64,000 bases of DNA, from positions 392,274,001 through 392,338,000 of the forward strand of contig OZ024740.1 of NCBI GenBank assembly GCA_964016885.1. Direction: 5' to 3'. The notes beneath the pieces are model-generated. The model did not search any database. It was not told the origin of the DNA and saw only the letters and a program-made list of their open reading frames with translations. The number at the start of each line of letters is the position of its first letter. Positions within the stretch are counted from its first letter, which is position 1. This DNA is from Eledone cirrhosa. Its lineage: Eukaryota. Made by a program: the position numbers and the translations under genes. This document shows, piece after piece, positions 38,852 to 53,429 of this stretch.

Positions 38852-40198
38852 AGAATATTGTGTTATAGAAAGGTACAACAAAAACAGCAACAAGCATTTA
38901 AAGGCCATTTTCCTTACTAAGGCAGGTATTAGCTCTGCTAGTCCCATGACAAGATTCTCCATTTAGCCCTGCACTCTACATTCCCCCTTACCAACCTCTT
39001 TCCTCTCATTTCATTCTCCATCATCTTTAGCCATGTCTTTCTTTGTCTTCTCTCTCTTTCCACATTTATTTCCTTCACTCTTCTCACTCAGTCACTTTCA
39101 TCCTTCCTCAACACATAGCCGAGCCATCTCATTCCATTTTCCTTCACAGTGGCTCTATTCCCAACATCTTCTGTGTGGAAAGTATAGTAGACAGAGTAAA
39201 ATAGTGAAATATTCAATAAAGTCAGTTTAATTTAGGAAAACAGTTCCCTTCACCCACTTCTTGCATGATGTCAGAATAATAAACCATTTGATTCTCATGT
39301 CTTTTGCAATGCAAACCATCCAAGCAGTAAAAAAAAAGAAAAAAAATGAAACAGCTGAAACAAATCTATTTTGTTCCAATTCTGGAAATCTTAGAAAATT
39401 TATATCATTATCATCATCATTATTAAAATCACCACCTTTCATTTCCCTTTCTTCCTCCTCACCATCATCATCATTGTTGTTAGGGCTAATATCATCATCA
39501 TTGTTGTTAGGGCTAATATCATCATCATCTTCATCATCTTTGTCACACTACTGTTATTTTTGTTATTATTCTCCCCCAAAATTGCTGGCCTTGTGCCTAT
39601 GTTAGAAACAATTATTCTTACCATTATTCTTGTCCCTGTTGGCACCACCACCACCTGAGTCATCATCATTGTTATTATTATTTTCATTATATCTATCACC
39701 ACTACCATCACTCTATTATTATTCTACTTGAGGAATTAGTGCATGTTAAGGTGCTGGGCAAAAGTTCAACCCTTATGATTTTCTATCAATCACTTGCTTT
39801 TGGAAGTTATTTATTCTAATAGCAAAAAGGGAAACAAACAAAAAAGAAAAGAATACATATACAAGATTTATTGCCAAATTATTTATTCTTGGGTTGGAAT
39901 ATTCAGTAGTTTAGATATTCCTTGTGTTATTTAGGATTGATTGTAGGTATATCACTTTACTAGTAGACACTAGGCTGTGTGTGTAAGATACTGAACTACC
40001 AAATCAACTGAAGGTGTTTAATTCTATGTGCCTTACTTGACCTAGCTGCTGAGAAAACTATCTGTGCTGTAACCCTTTTAATTCAAAATCTTCTGAAATC
40101 ACCCTAGGCTTTGTGATACAAATCTTTTTTTAGTTTTATGTGTTTATATTTATCTAAAAACCTTCTATCATAATTCTCTGTAAAAGCCTTTAAGTAGC

Positions 40199-40423
40199 TT
40201 AACCCTTTAGCATTTAAACCTGCTGTATCCGGCCATAATTCTCTCACCTTTTTCTGTTCAAACCATCTGTAACCAGCCACTCATACTGATGTTATTGTAT
40301 TGTTCTCAAAATAAATAATATCAAAATCTCATAGATTCGATATTATGTGAGATAATTGAGACAAAGTCTTCGCCATGAAAATACTATTGTAAATATAGAG
40401 TAATGTAAATGGTAAAGGGTTAA
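40199..40423 (+). mobile_element. piggyBac-type MITE nested in the same host family as the 13410 copy
   Basis: TTAA TSD and TIRs; flanks agc|ttaa...ttaa|taatg match the reverse complement of the 13.4-kb flanks. Confidence 0.88.
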
Positions 40424-40939
40424 TAATGTTATATTGCTAAATCTCTCCAAATTCTTGATTATTTTCAAAATGAATTGAAAATCCTAGTGTCTTTTATTAG
40501 AAATATAGTAACACAAGTGATGAGCTTGCTGTACTCCTTTTCTAGACATTTGCAACATTCCAATTATGTTGGAGAACAAGAAACTTCTTGTAGTTGTTGA
40601 AGAAGATAGTAGTTAGTGACAACTAATTTTCTTTGATGGTAATCTAATGAAACTGAACTCACACACACATCATCACTTTCATCATCATCAACACCAATTT
40701 TCTCTATATTTGCAGCACACAGCCTTTCACTCATCTTAGATTAGTGTTACTTCTTTTGTGGGCTCTAATATTCCGAGATCTCTAGAAAAAAAAACTAACA
40801 AAAAAGTCTTTTGTTTTCAGAAAGTCACAAAATGTATTCAGTCCTTCTCTCAGTCAAACCCTACTGTTATCAATCCTTTCACTTTCTACACTAATTATCA
40901 TTTTCAACTACTTGTCTACTTCTCCTTCACCCACTTATC

Positions 40940-41555
40940 CCTGGGAAGGTCATGGCAACAGAGTCTTCCATGCCTTACAGCAGGCCCTATCAAAGACAAC
41001 CATCTCCAATTGATCTAGCTGGATCCCCAAGAGTGACCAGCTGAACTTAGGGATGTTATCCAACCATCTTTCTCTATCTCTGTGTCTCCTGCCAGTTGGT
41101 TTTGCCCATAAAATCTGTCCAGTGATTCTTTCTTGAAACATTCTAATCATATTTATATTATTGAAGCCGTGTTCTCTCAATTCAGGGAAGGAGTGACTCT
41201 ACCTAGAATGACTGATTTCCAAGTTATGCCCTATGTTGAGTAACATTACTCCAAAGATCCTTCAGAAGAATCCCATTTTGGCCGCTTATATTCACGATCG
41301 TATTCTTTTGGTCATTACCCAAAATTCATGACCATAGGTAAAGGTTGACATGGTTACCAAATTGAAGATATCAAGTTTGGCTTTTACACTTAACTCCCTT
41401 CTTCTAATGATCAAATGCTGAAACTGGTACATTACTGCAGCAGCTCCTACAATTCTTGCACTTAATTCAGACTGCTGCCTTCCATCATTCGTGAACATGG
41501 CCCTGAGATACTTGATCTTCTTCAGCTGATTCAGTGGAACTCCAACTTAATATTG
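40940..41555 (-). mobile_element. RTE LINE (second family) RT C-terminal fragment
   Basis: KYLRAMFTNDGRQQSELSARI...TYGHEFWVMTKR...KPTGRRHR...WLDNI; related to 63700-64000. Confidence 0.8.
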
Positions 41556-41631
41556 CCAGAAACGTATCTACTATATTTAGAAATATTTATTCAAATCATA
41601 ACTTTGAAATTATTTCTTTTGTCTTCTTCAG

Positions 41632-41857
41632 GTGAATGGCTTTTATGGTGCCAGTGGTGCAGCTGGTGCTATTCCATATCTTTATATTCAGGTGGCTCGG
41701 CAATTTCATGAAAAACTGTGTGCATTTAGGCAACAGAAACGCATTCAGTTATATGAATACTATCGCAACAAGTGGACATTTCATGTGAAAGGACTTTGGT
41801 ATTATATTTCAAAAGACCAGTTGCCAAGTCTGACTTTAATTGGTTCTTCAAATTTTG
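41632..41857 (+). CDS. PGS1: PGS1 internal exon with the second PLD-type HxK motif
   Basis: Acceptor cttcttcag|gtg, donor tttg|gtaagt; VNGFYGASGAAGAIPYLY...WTFHVKGLW...LTLIGSSNF; phase 0/1. Confidence 0.95.
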
Positions 41858-44405
41858 GTAAGTTACCTTTGTGTGTATCAATCAGCATGTTATTGAATAA
41901 CTGTATCATTCACTTGTTTATAAATCATTCTTATGTAATAATATTTTGGTTGTTAATATTTAAACCCAAGTCAAGAATGGTTGATCAGACCATATGACCA
42001 AAAGCCTTTCAGCCATTTCCATCTCACCTTTTTGTATACTTAGGATTACTTTAACCAATGTTTGTTTTTTTTTCTTTCTTTTCAAGTGTGTGATTGAGGG
42101 AATTTGGCTGTTATATCTAGCTGGTCAAGTAGCCAGTTAGAGGGTCCCTTGTTGGATCATTGCATTTTTTACTTTGCTTGGAGGTGGTTCATATATTTTT
42201 TAATTTTGTTTGATGGCGGTCATCAAAACTAACAGCAAGAAGAAAAATTTAGTAGATATGTCATTAGAATTATTAGAATATAATCTTTCACATAGCTACA
42301 TCAATCATATAAGAATCTCACTTAAAAATTTTTCTGTGTTAGAGAGAGAGAGGGGGGAGACAGTAACTTAGCACTTTCACCAAAGGAGATCGATAAAATA
42401 TGTATTAAACCTAAAAAAGAATAAGTTCTAGGATCAATATGATTGACTAAATTCCTTTCAAGGTGATGCCCAAGCATAAAAGAATAAAAGTGTTTTAATT
42501 CAGAACAAAGAAGAAAGTAAAAAAGAAAATAGAAAAGGAAACTGAAACTTTGTGGATATCCATCTTAAAGTGTTCTCTCTCTGAGAAATACTTTTTTAAT
42601 TATTCAGAAACTGTATAGAAATATTTTTTATTCTACACTTCATATTATTTAAAAGTTTTGCTCTCTCTCTCTCTCTCTCTCTCTGGGTGTGTGTGATAGA
42701 GAGAGTTGTGTAGACACAGAAAGATGTGTCCCATTATGTTAATGTCCTGTCAACATTCTCCCACATTAATACTGTTTTCAATTTCCCTGTTTATGAAATA
42801 GAATCCTGTTTATTATGAGAGATATTTAACCTTAACCCCTTGCACCTCTTAGCCTTCACTAAGTTGTTTTTCAAATGCTTTCTTCTTATAGTAAATATAG
42901 AAAACTGGAATTTCTTGTCTTGTATCTGCTATTTCCCCAGCCCACATAAGTCTTTTGGATATAAATTAACCTCAAAAACAATATTCTCTTTTCTTTCTCA
43001 CTTAATTTATTTTTCTATTTTATATTTTCCCTAAGAGACTGTTTTATATTTTATATTTGTTGTTTTTCCTTCCTCCTTTTATTATTTTTCTTCCTTTTTC
43101 TTTTTTGTAAATGTTCTCCTTGCTTTAACTACACCCTAGTTGCTGTCCCTATTGTCAACATGTGTTCAGTCTTATCATAGTCCAAGTTTGTTATGCTGTC
43201 AACACTCATCTGTCAGCAATAACTGACAGCAAACTGGAGAGATTCACAAAAAGAAATAAAAATTAAACATAAAAAATGTTGCTCCCTTCACCCTTACCTT
43301 TATTTATTTATGTTGTATTTTACTTTTAGCTTTACAAAACGTTTTTTTTTTTCTTCTCTGTGCTTCTTTTTTTAGTGCTACTATGTGTGAGGACCCTTTA
43401 CGAATAGTTATGAACAGATAAATTGTTTAAGAATTTGGTTATTGATATCCCTGCAGTGTTCCTGAAATTTTCAAGCAATTAGAATGACAAGTCACCTTAT
43501 TGTATGACACTAATGAAGAAATAAATCCTAATAAAAAAATTAGGTGGCAATATAGGATTTTTCTTCTTCTTTTTTTTTTACTGTTTTTTAATCAGTGAAA
43601 GACATGTGGAAGTTGGGTGGAGGATGTTATCCTCAAAATAGAGACCTGGCTGAAATGCTTGCTACAGAATAGACTCTACTAAAATCCCTTAACGGTGAGG
43701 TGGGCATGTTAAACCTGGTGATGGATTAAGTCTACCACCCAAGTAGGCCACAGTGGGATTTGAACTGAGGATGCAAAAACTTTGAACAAATACCTCAAGG
43801 CATTTTGTCTGGCACTTTAACAAAACCACCACACTGGACTACTGCTTTATTTTATTGACCCTGAAAAGATGAAACTTGTCCATGGCAAAATTTGAACTCA
43901 GGGTGCTGAAGGTTGGAACAAATACCATTATTTTGTCTTCCTCACTAATGACTTTGTCAATTCACTTTTGTGGTTGTTGGAACTGCTAGGAAAAGCAGCC
44001 AAATTTCCCTCAGTCTTTAAAAATAGAAGGGTACATTTGATAAATATATAGTTCCTGATATACAAAATGACTGGATGGTCACATTTGGAATGCCCTTGAT
44101 CATATGATTGGCATGGGGCTAAACAACAACAACAACAGCATAAACGGTAAAGACTGACCTCAAGATGTTGAACCTCATGAAGGAGATGAATGAGGACCAT
44201 GAAGACTAGTGACATGCTGTATGGAAAAGATCCACCTTCCAATACAACAATCACTAAATAAAGGTGATAGGGATAGCGATATTGGGCCTCTTTGCCACTA
44301 CACCCCTTTTAAATCTTTACATACTGCCCTATGCACTTAGGTTTAATGTCAGCTCCTCTAGTTTTGATTGAGCAACATGCCATTTGTAAATAGCTGTTGC
44401 TTATA

Positions 44406-44988
44406 TCTCTATATATAAAGTTGTAGTTCCTGTCTGTTTGTTTGTTTGTTCACGAACTCCTCCTATGGTTTTGGAGATAGACCCCCATAACCATATATAT
44501 TCTGAAACTACATTGCCCAGAGTACTTGGATAAGTATATTTCATTTTAACCAAAGGGTTCCCTGGGGGCACAAACCCCCGCTGAAAATGTTTTCACTTCG
44601 ATTTATATGAAATTTAAATGACAAGATATGATGCCTATTCACAAAATTTCAGCAAATTTCAATAATATTAAGACACCCTAATAGGGGTTAAACCCCTTAT
44701 AGTGAAAATTTTGGAAGCCCATAACTTGAGTATTAGAACCTCTATTATCACAGGGTTTTTCTATTAATTAAATGTAAATCAACAAAAAAAGCACCTCTCT
44801 TTTATAGTAAAATTTGGCAAAACATGACTAGAATTATGACAACAAAAATTATTAGTTAATGCCTCTACTTTTTTAACATTTTCCCTTTATTTTTTCTCCA
44901 TAAATTATATCACTGATTTAAAATCAATCATCATTTTCTTACAAAAAAAAATGTGTGAAACGCAACAAGGTGCAGATAATTCGGCTAG
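44406..44988 (+). mobile_element. Non-autonomous Helitron
   Basis: A|TCTCTATATATAAA start, (gttt)n near the 5' end, degenerate hairpin cgcaacaaggtgca about 11 nt before CTAG|T; no TSD. Confidence 0.75.
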
Positions 44989-45031
44989 TTATAGATAAAG
45001 ATGTTCCACTGTATATTATTTAATTACTCCA

Positions 45032-45215
45032 GGCGGTGAATTGGCAGTATCGGTAGAGGGTTGGACGCCATGCTTTCTAGCATAGTTACATCCCTTTACA
45101 GTCTGAGTTCAAATCCCGCCGAGGTTAACTTTGCCTTTCATCCTTACGGGGTCGATAAAATAAAGTACCAGTAATGTACTGGGTAATTGCTGGCCTTGTG
45201 CCTAAAGTAGAAACA
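45032..45215 (+). mobile_element. Full-length family-A SINE with a 17-bp TSD
   Basis: attatttaattactcca at 45015-45031 and 45216-45232. Confidence 0.93.
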
Positions 45216-45769
45216 ATTATTTAATTACTCCAAGATGCTGCAATAACAGAAACTAGTGTTCATTGGACTGAATAAATACACAATTAATTAAATTCCAACT
45301 TTCAATATCTTGTCAAAAGTGTTTTTATAACATGGATGGTTTTTATTGGAGCAGTCCCCCCCCCCCCCCCCCCCCACCACCACCACCACACACACACACA
45401 CACACACACACTTCATACAACTAGACATCCAAAACTTTTTCTAATTCTAACCATTGAATTAGCCTATGAAATAAGAATGTATTACTTTTATCAATCAAAT
45501 TTCTTTTCCATGTGACTAGCAGAGTTATGGAAATTGAGCTGGAGTACATTTGTCAATTAGAATTTTGTCATTGTAACTTGTAGACTTATGTGAATTTTGA
45601 ACAACACATTATAAATAAAACACAATAATTATTTAATTGCCTCAGAACTGACTTTTCTTTTGGATGCACCTTGTTCCAATTATTCAGAAAGCCCCTCTGG
45701 GAAAATGAATTGAAAAATAAGAAAAATTATCCATACAGTTTCACTTGGTAAAATTCAGAACTTTGTAGT

Positions 45770-45821
45770 CTACTACTACTACTACTACCACCACCATTAC
45801 TACTACTACTACCACCATCAT

Positions 45822-45866
<45 letters not shown>

Positions 45867-45905
45867 CATTACTACTACTACTACTACTACCACCACCACC
45901 ACCAT

Positions 45906-45962
<57 letters not shown>

Positions 45963-46070
45963 CATTACTACTACTACTATTATTACTACTACCACCACCA
46001 CCATTACTACTACTACTACTACTACTACTACTAGTACTACTACTACTACTACCACCACCACCACCACTAA
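45770..46070. repeat. (ACT)n/(ACC)n microsatellite
   Basis: Direct reading; explains the poly-S and poly-V ORFs. Confidence 0.95.
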
Positions 46071-46637
46071 CCACAAGCATGATAGAGTTGGGGTTTACAT
46101 ACACTAGACGTTATGCCAAGACTACAAAATACCACCTCTGTCAACTCTACTGCCACCAGCACCATTACTGACTCCAACACTGCCATTGTCTTAGTGGTAG
46201 CTAGAACATATGTCAGCAGCAGCACCACCACCACCACAACCAAGAATAACATCTATAGTAGTATACTCAAGGCTGGTTGATCCTGGAAAAGATACATATG
46301 CACATGTCAGAAGCTGGGAAAATTGTAAACACAGAGTGCTGGAAGACCAACTAGGTAGCTTCTTGGGCAAATGTTTCAGTAAAATTGGGTAGATAAAAAC
46401 TGTGGAAACCTGTTGGATAGGTTGTACCTGTAATTCTAAAGTTTGACTTTGTAACACACTGAAATTACATTAAGAGTAGACATGTCTGTGGAATATTCAG
46501 CCACTTCTTAATCTATCAAGTAGGTGGCCCAGTAGATTAAACAACTGAATGCTTATTGTCTGAACAGACAATGATCTATCATTATAATGAATTGCAGAAA
46601 TCTTAAAGAATTTCACCTTTCCACTTAGCATTTTGTT

Positions 46638-46814
46638 TTAACCCTTTAACATTTAAACTGGATGTATCCAGCCAAAATTCTCTCACCTCTTTCTGTTAAG
46701 GTATTGCTCTCAAAATAAATGTCAAAATCTCATAGATTCAAGATTATGTGAGAAAAGCCTTTACCATGAAAATATAATAGTAAATATAGAGTAATGTAAA
46801 TGCTAAAGGGTTAA
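46638..46814 (+). mobile_element. piggyBac-type MITE, internally deleted
   Basis: TTAA TSD and TIRs. Confidence 0.85.
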
Positions 46815-47299
46815 GCTTGTAGGGACATAAATTCTGAAATTATGGTTATAAGAATGATTTCTCAAAGGAGTGTTACTTCCTATTAACCAAGCATAGCAAG
46901 ATTTATTAATTCCATTTATCCATCTTTTGGTTGGCTTAGTTCCATTTGTTGTGAAATGAATAATATGTTTAGCCATGTTTGTTCTGAGAGAGAAATAGTC
47001 AGAGAAAGAGAGAGAATAAATTCTTGATGAAACCAACCTGTGTTTATGTATTGCATACAGGGAAGTTAAAGTGCTGGAGCCAATGTCATTTTAATCATCA
47101 TTGCCACCACCATCACTATCACTATTATCATCTGATTTTCTTTTTAATGTGGCTTGCAGTACACCATATTTCTATGTGTCTCTTGTTATATGGTGTTGTA
47201 TCCCTGAGCAAAGCAGGGGTATATATATAATATATATATATATATATATTAACCCATGCTAGCATAGAAGATAGACGTTAAACAATGATGATGATATAT

Positions 47300-48008
<709 letters not shown>

Positions 48009-48059
48009 TACACACATATACAGTTAAGTACATATGTATGAAAATGTTTCCATAAATAT

Positions 48060-48340
48060 TATTTTATGTCCATTTTTCCATGCATATCTGGTCGATTGAC
48101 AAGATCCCAGACCGCACTCGCCTAACGAGTAGGGTGGAGCTTGTCCAATCGGACTGAGGAAACGATATTTCCATTAGTCTTTCTAATTGCTGATACTATC
48201 TGTAAATCGCAACTCCAGGCAGAAGGAGCAACGTGAAATAAAGTGTCTTGCTCAAGAACATAATGCATTGCCCGGTCTGGGAATCGAAATCACAACCTCA
48301 CGATTGCGAATCCAATTCTCTAACCACTTAGCCATGCGCC
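48060..48340 (-). mobile_element. tRNA-headed SINE
   Basis: - strand tggctaagtggttaga...gtttcgattccc...cttgagcaagacactttatttcac. Confidence 0.7.
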
Positions 48341-48653
48341 TTCACATGCATGCAATACAGTATATATAAAAGTTCATATATACATTCTGCAGCAATGTAG
48401 GTATGTATATTTTGTTAGTCACTATTAACCTTTGTCATGTGGTTATTAACTGAACAGTATCTTTTAGGAATCACTTTTTGACAACTAGGGCTCATATAGG
48501 GGGAAGTGAACAGCAGGTTTGTATCTATTGTATGTTTCTTGAAATATTTATAGTGATTTGGAGATTGGCTTATTGGATAGTTTTTTGTCTTGACAATGAA
48601 ACATCTGATGAAGGTATTATTTATAGGAAACTTTGTTCTTGTTTCACTCATAG

Positions 48654-48736
48654 GTTTTCGGTCTGTCTACCGCGATCTGGAATGCCAGTTAGCTATAATT
48701 ACAAAAAATGAAAATTTAAGACAACAATTACGTCAG
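48654..48736 (+). CDS. PGS1: PGS1 penultimate coding exon (not shown in frame by the ORF track)
   Basis: Acceptor ctcatag|gt, donor cag|gtaaat; (G)FRSVYRDLECQLAIITKNENLRQQLRQ matches the conserved GYRSxxRDLExQ motif; 83 nt, phase 1/0. Confidence 0.93.
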
Positions 48737-50285
48737 GTAAATATATACCTTTTTGCTTTATAATTCAAAAGTAGTCACTGTTATTGTGACCCTCTACCAC
48801 CACAACCATCATTTTATCATTTGATTTTCTGTTTTAATGAGGTTTGTAGTGCACCAAATTTCCATGTGTCTCAAATTGCTAACCTTCCACAAAAGTACAA
48901 GTAAGACCCACATTAGAGTATTGCTTATATATCTGGGAGAGCAACTGCTTCACACATAAACATCCTAGACTGCCTTGAAGAAAAGGCCCATTGCACTACA
49001 ACTATTAACACATAGCTATGCTGTTTTCTCTCTGTATCTCTTCTATCAATATTGTAATGACTTCTGTGCCATTGAATTAGCAACAGTCTACCACCCCTAC
49101 CTATATGCCATTACAGCAGCCTCTCCTTCACTTGTCAAGCCTAATTTGTCTCACTCCTAAGACTAACATTTAGTATTATGCCTAATCCTTCTTACCCATA
49201 GTTGCAACTGTATGGAACTGTTTCCCTGCTGACATTTTCACTTAGAGACTTTCAAGTTAAAATTCATCTGCATTGCACTCATCACTTTAGTGAAAGCTTG
49301 CAATAGTGATGTTTCTAAGATCTGATCACCTAACTACTTCTTCCTTGATCTCTATTACACTCCAATAACATCACCTCATTACACAAGTATATATCATCAA
49401 TTTATTCCTATACCTCTATACAAATATATCGAGTGTATATTAATTCATCAATGCTTTTCATGCTTTTTTCCCTTTTTTAACTCAGTCGGCTGGCTAAGCT
49501 GATTAATGGCTACAATGCATGTGTTTTTGACTATGAAATTAGTCAGACAAGCAGGGCCACCCATGGGACTCAAACTCACACCTTCCCATATACCGTGTAG
49601 AATATATATATTTAATTATGTCCAAAAATATGTTAGAGGTTATAATACTAAAAGAGAACCACCAAAAGGAACACAATATTAACTACAGTATAGAATTAAT
49701 TACTATATTCTATATAAACTTGTTATCAAATTTTTGTAATTATTCATAGTCATTCATTTAGGTAATTATGCCATTTAGTGTTCATTCATGAAAGAACCTA
49801 TACCTCTCTAGTCATTCTTTGCTAAGTTTAGACTGTTTCATTGATGAGGTCAAATATGACTGAAACATGTCTAGAGATGTCACTGTACTGCTAATGAGTC
49901 ACACTCTACTGCATTCTGTATTTAATTAATTTTAATGACTTAATATTTTGGGATTGCTTTTCTTTCCATCTCCCCACTATTTTTTTTTCAACCAGAATTA
50001 ATCATGGTTGTACATTTAATTAATTGGAATTCAATCTATTGGGGGTCAACATCGCCATTACATCCTTTCAGGGTTCGAAGAAAGCAATATATTATGATAA
50101 TTTTAATCAATTATACTTCTCTTGAGAAAACTGGCTTTGTTCCTAGTCAAAAGAAATCAGTGCTGGTGCTTATAGAGTACCCACTGAGCTAATATAGACC
50201 TGACCTCTGCCATAAATTTCGTAATGCCTCCAATAAACTGTTCATCAATCATAAATAATCTGGATTATAAGTCAGAATCATTAAT

Positions 50286-50504
50286 TGTTTCTATAATTGG
50301 CACAAGACCAGCAATTTAAAGGGAAGAGGAAAGTCGACTAAATCAATCCCAGTGCTTTACTGGTACTTTATTTTATTGACCCCATAAGGATGAAAGGCAA
50401 AGCTAACCTCAGCAGGATTTGAACTCAGACTGTAAAGAGCCATAACTAAATGCTGCAAAGCATTTTGTCTGATGCTCTACCGATTCTGCCAATCCACCGC
50501 CCTC
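50286..50504 (-). mobile_element. Full-length family-A SINE with a TSD of about 19 bp
   Basis: ataagtcagaatcattaat at 50267 and ataagtcataatcattaat at 50505. Confidence 0.9.
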
Positions 50505-51073
50505 ATAAGTCATAATCATTAATAATATTTGTCAATCTGTGTCAGAAACATTCTGTTTATATTAATGTTCCACCATTTGGTAAAGGAAAACTATTCAGAT
50601 TTCAAATCGAAGATATTTTAATTTATTAGCATGCTGGGATAAAATTCTTCTTTTCTATACCTGTTTCTGAAAATTTCAAAATTTTAACCTTTAACATTTT
50701 GTAATGATTTAGCTGAAAATGCCTTAAAATAGATCTGTTAATTTATAGTGTTTTTCCTAGTGGATAGAGCGTTATGAAAATTTGATGTGTTGTTAATGTG
50801 TTTTCATGTGATACAGGCAGGGCCAGATTTATAGCAGGGTGGATGGGGCATTTGACACCCCCCCCCATATCAGCTGGGAGCCCTATCAGTGGAGGTGGAG
50901 CCCAGTAAGATAGATATGCCCTGGGATTGCCAAAGACATGCCCCTCAAGGAAAATAACTATAAATTTTGAAGTTTATTTAAGTTCATTTGTAAAAATAAA
51001 CACACACACAGTAACTCTGTCACTTTCATGTATTTTCTCTTGAATTCTTTTTAACCGTGTTTCTTTCTTCCAG

Positions 51074-51193
51074 GAACATGCACATCTGTTCCAGAGCTCT
51101 GATATGGTTTCAGAAACAACATTCAAAAGAAAGGACAGATATGTACCAATTTGGGTGCAAATGATCAGCAATTACATAAAAAACTTCTTTTGA
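51074..51193 (+). CDS. PGS1: PGS1 last coding exon
   Basis: Acceptor ttcttccag|gaa; EHAHLFQSSDMVSETTFKRKDRYVPIWVQMISNYIKNFF then TGA; W..M....IKNFF is the recognisable PGS1 C-terminus. Confidence 0.93.
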   Translation, partial: EHAHLFQSSDMVSETTFKRKDRYVPIWVQMISNYIKNFF

Positions 51194-51439
51194 TAAATTA
51201 TTCCAAAGAAAACAAATTAAAAAAAATACAGAAATATACGAAAGACAAAATATTAGAAGAAAAGAAGAATTATTTCTTCAACTTTTCATTTTTTTTTTTG
51301 TACTTGTGCTGACTTATTTATTCTAGAACACACATACATATATAATCATATTAAATAATTAAAACACTACTTGTTTTGTTTTATTTCTTTTAATTTATTA
51401 GGATTACTATCTTAGTAAGTTGAAAAGATTTGTTGCCAT

Positions 51440-52030
51440 CAGAGAAAGGATTATGCTTGAAATGCAGAAAATGCGTAGGTAGGAATTCTATAGTGTACTC
51501 AGCACAAAATATGGGTATATAAGATTGCAGCAGACATTCTATTGCGACAGATTTATGGGGACACTTAGCAGTAAGAGCACTACTAAAATAAACCTTTTTC
51601 AATGAAAGGAACATTTCATAGAATTAGTTGATAGCTTTTGTTACCTAATTCGCCTAATTAGCAGTGGGGGAGAGTGCTTTGAAAACAGTAGAATAAAATG
51701 TTCATTGGTCTACAATCTCTGTTACTTATGAAAGCATTCTCTCTCCAAGTCAGCAGTAGATTGTGTGATGCCTGTGTATGTAGTACAATATTACTTGGTA
51801 GTGAGAGATAAACCTTGAATACAGAGGACATATAAAGTCTAGAAAGAAATAAGCCCAGCATGTATTGTTGTATATGTAATATTAATGTGCACAGTGAAAA
51901 ACTAGGTATAAAGTAATCAGTTGTATTATACAGGAAAGGATTCTCCTGTATATTACAAATAATGAATATGGATGATGGTTGTTCAGTGAAGAATTACTAG
52001 GAGTTATAAGTAGAAGGAAACTGGAAGACC
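51440..52030 (+). mobile_element. Highly decayed RTE fragment
   Basis: Patchy similarity to 5950-6700 (gtaggtaggaattctata, gttgatagcttttgttaccta, gctagaaagaaat-like). Confidence 0.55.
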
Positions 52031-52034
52031 AAGT

Positions 52035-52620
52035 GTGTCCAGACATAGAATTTGCATCACCAGTCTGAAACCTCTATCTTGCTCAGAATATTGATCTCCT
52101 GGAAACTGTTCAGAGACGTGCAACCAAACGAATACCTTCTATCTGAACGCCTTGCTTCTCTGGGTATGGATTCATTAAAGCTCTGACGTTTGGCAACTGA
52201 CTTGGCAGACACCCACAAGATTATTAACCATCTTTACAAAACAATCCTGAGCACCTTTTTGAATTTCATATGTCTAACACCTGTGGACATGTTTACAAAA
52301 TCATAAAACTGCTGCTCCCATGACTTTCAGAAACATATTTTCATGCTCAGAGTTGCTGAAGTATGGAACAAACTACCTGCATCCGTTGTTAGCTGTTGGG
52401 ACACTGAATCCTTCAAAACTTCCATGTTTCCGAAAATTCGACAACACTACACCTGATATTCCCCCTCCATACACATGCACGCATGTGTCTGTGTGTATAT
52501 CATGACTCATACACTGTTCACTTTCCTGACATTTGTACATTATACTATGTACTATACATGCACCTTTGATGAGTTGTAGTGCACCTGAGCACTGTACACA
52601 ATAATTTTCATTATTATTAT
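52035..52620 (+). mobile_element. CR1-clade LINE 3' fragment
   Basis: EFASPV*NLYLAQNIDLLETVQRRATKRIP, LRVAEVWNKLPASVV; tail ends (att)n. Confidence 0.85.
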
Positions 52621-53429
52621 TTTAAAGCTGATCCCAGGATACCAAACCTGTACTGGTGAGGACTCAAATAATCTATGTAAGCATGGACAAACAGACATAG
52701 AAATGATGATGATGATGCTTGTAATGACTTGACTATGTATTCTATTAGATGAATCTGTTTCCTTCTTTATATTGCAAGCTTTAAATGTAATTAGGGTAGA
52801 CCTGGAGAGAATACATAAAATTTAGTTACCAGCAATATATTACAAACAAATTTAAAGAGAACAAAAATGGTGATATTTCAGTGCTTGTAAAAATATATAT
52901 TCTCTACTATTTCTTGTGCTAAGCTATTGAAGTTTGATTCATTACTTTTTCTGCTTTTTATTATAGTAAATATGGGCCCCTTGTTTGTGTTTTTGATACA
53001 ATGTTGTATATTTCAATGTTGTAGAAGTGGTTTTGTTTATTTTATTTTACATCTGAGTGAAATAGGAGTAGAGGAAATGAATGAATAACCAGGCAGACTA
53101 AAGGAAGCATATGACTCAATAGCTGGAGCTAACTTTGATAGTGGTCTGGCACATTAATTGGTATGGAGGGGTGTGGAAAATCTGTTTATCTTTGTTTATA
53201 CAAAATAATATTAACTACCTTACATTTAGATAAATTGACATTCTGATGGTTCTTTTGGTAGGATACTGAACAATCAGATAACCCAGGATCAACAGCTCAT
53301 AACCTATAATTAATACTGCCAAGTGTCCTTGACATTGAGACATTTTAACCAGGGCATGATTAAGTCTTTTTGGGCTCCTATGCACTTAAAAGATTATGGT
53401 TCTCCTGCTTCCCTACCTCCATATATATA

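Noticed and set aside
45727-46104. Poly-Ser/Gly and poly-Val ORFs
   Set aside because: (ACT)n/(ACC)n microsatellite.
48605-48632. CTGATGA...GAAA upstream of a PGS1 acceptor
   Set aside because: No stem II pairing and no valid stem III or cleavage site; chance match.
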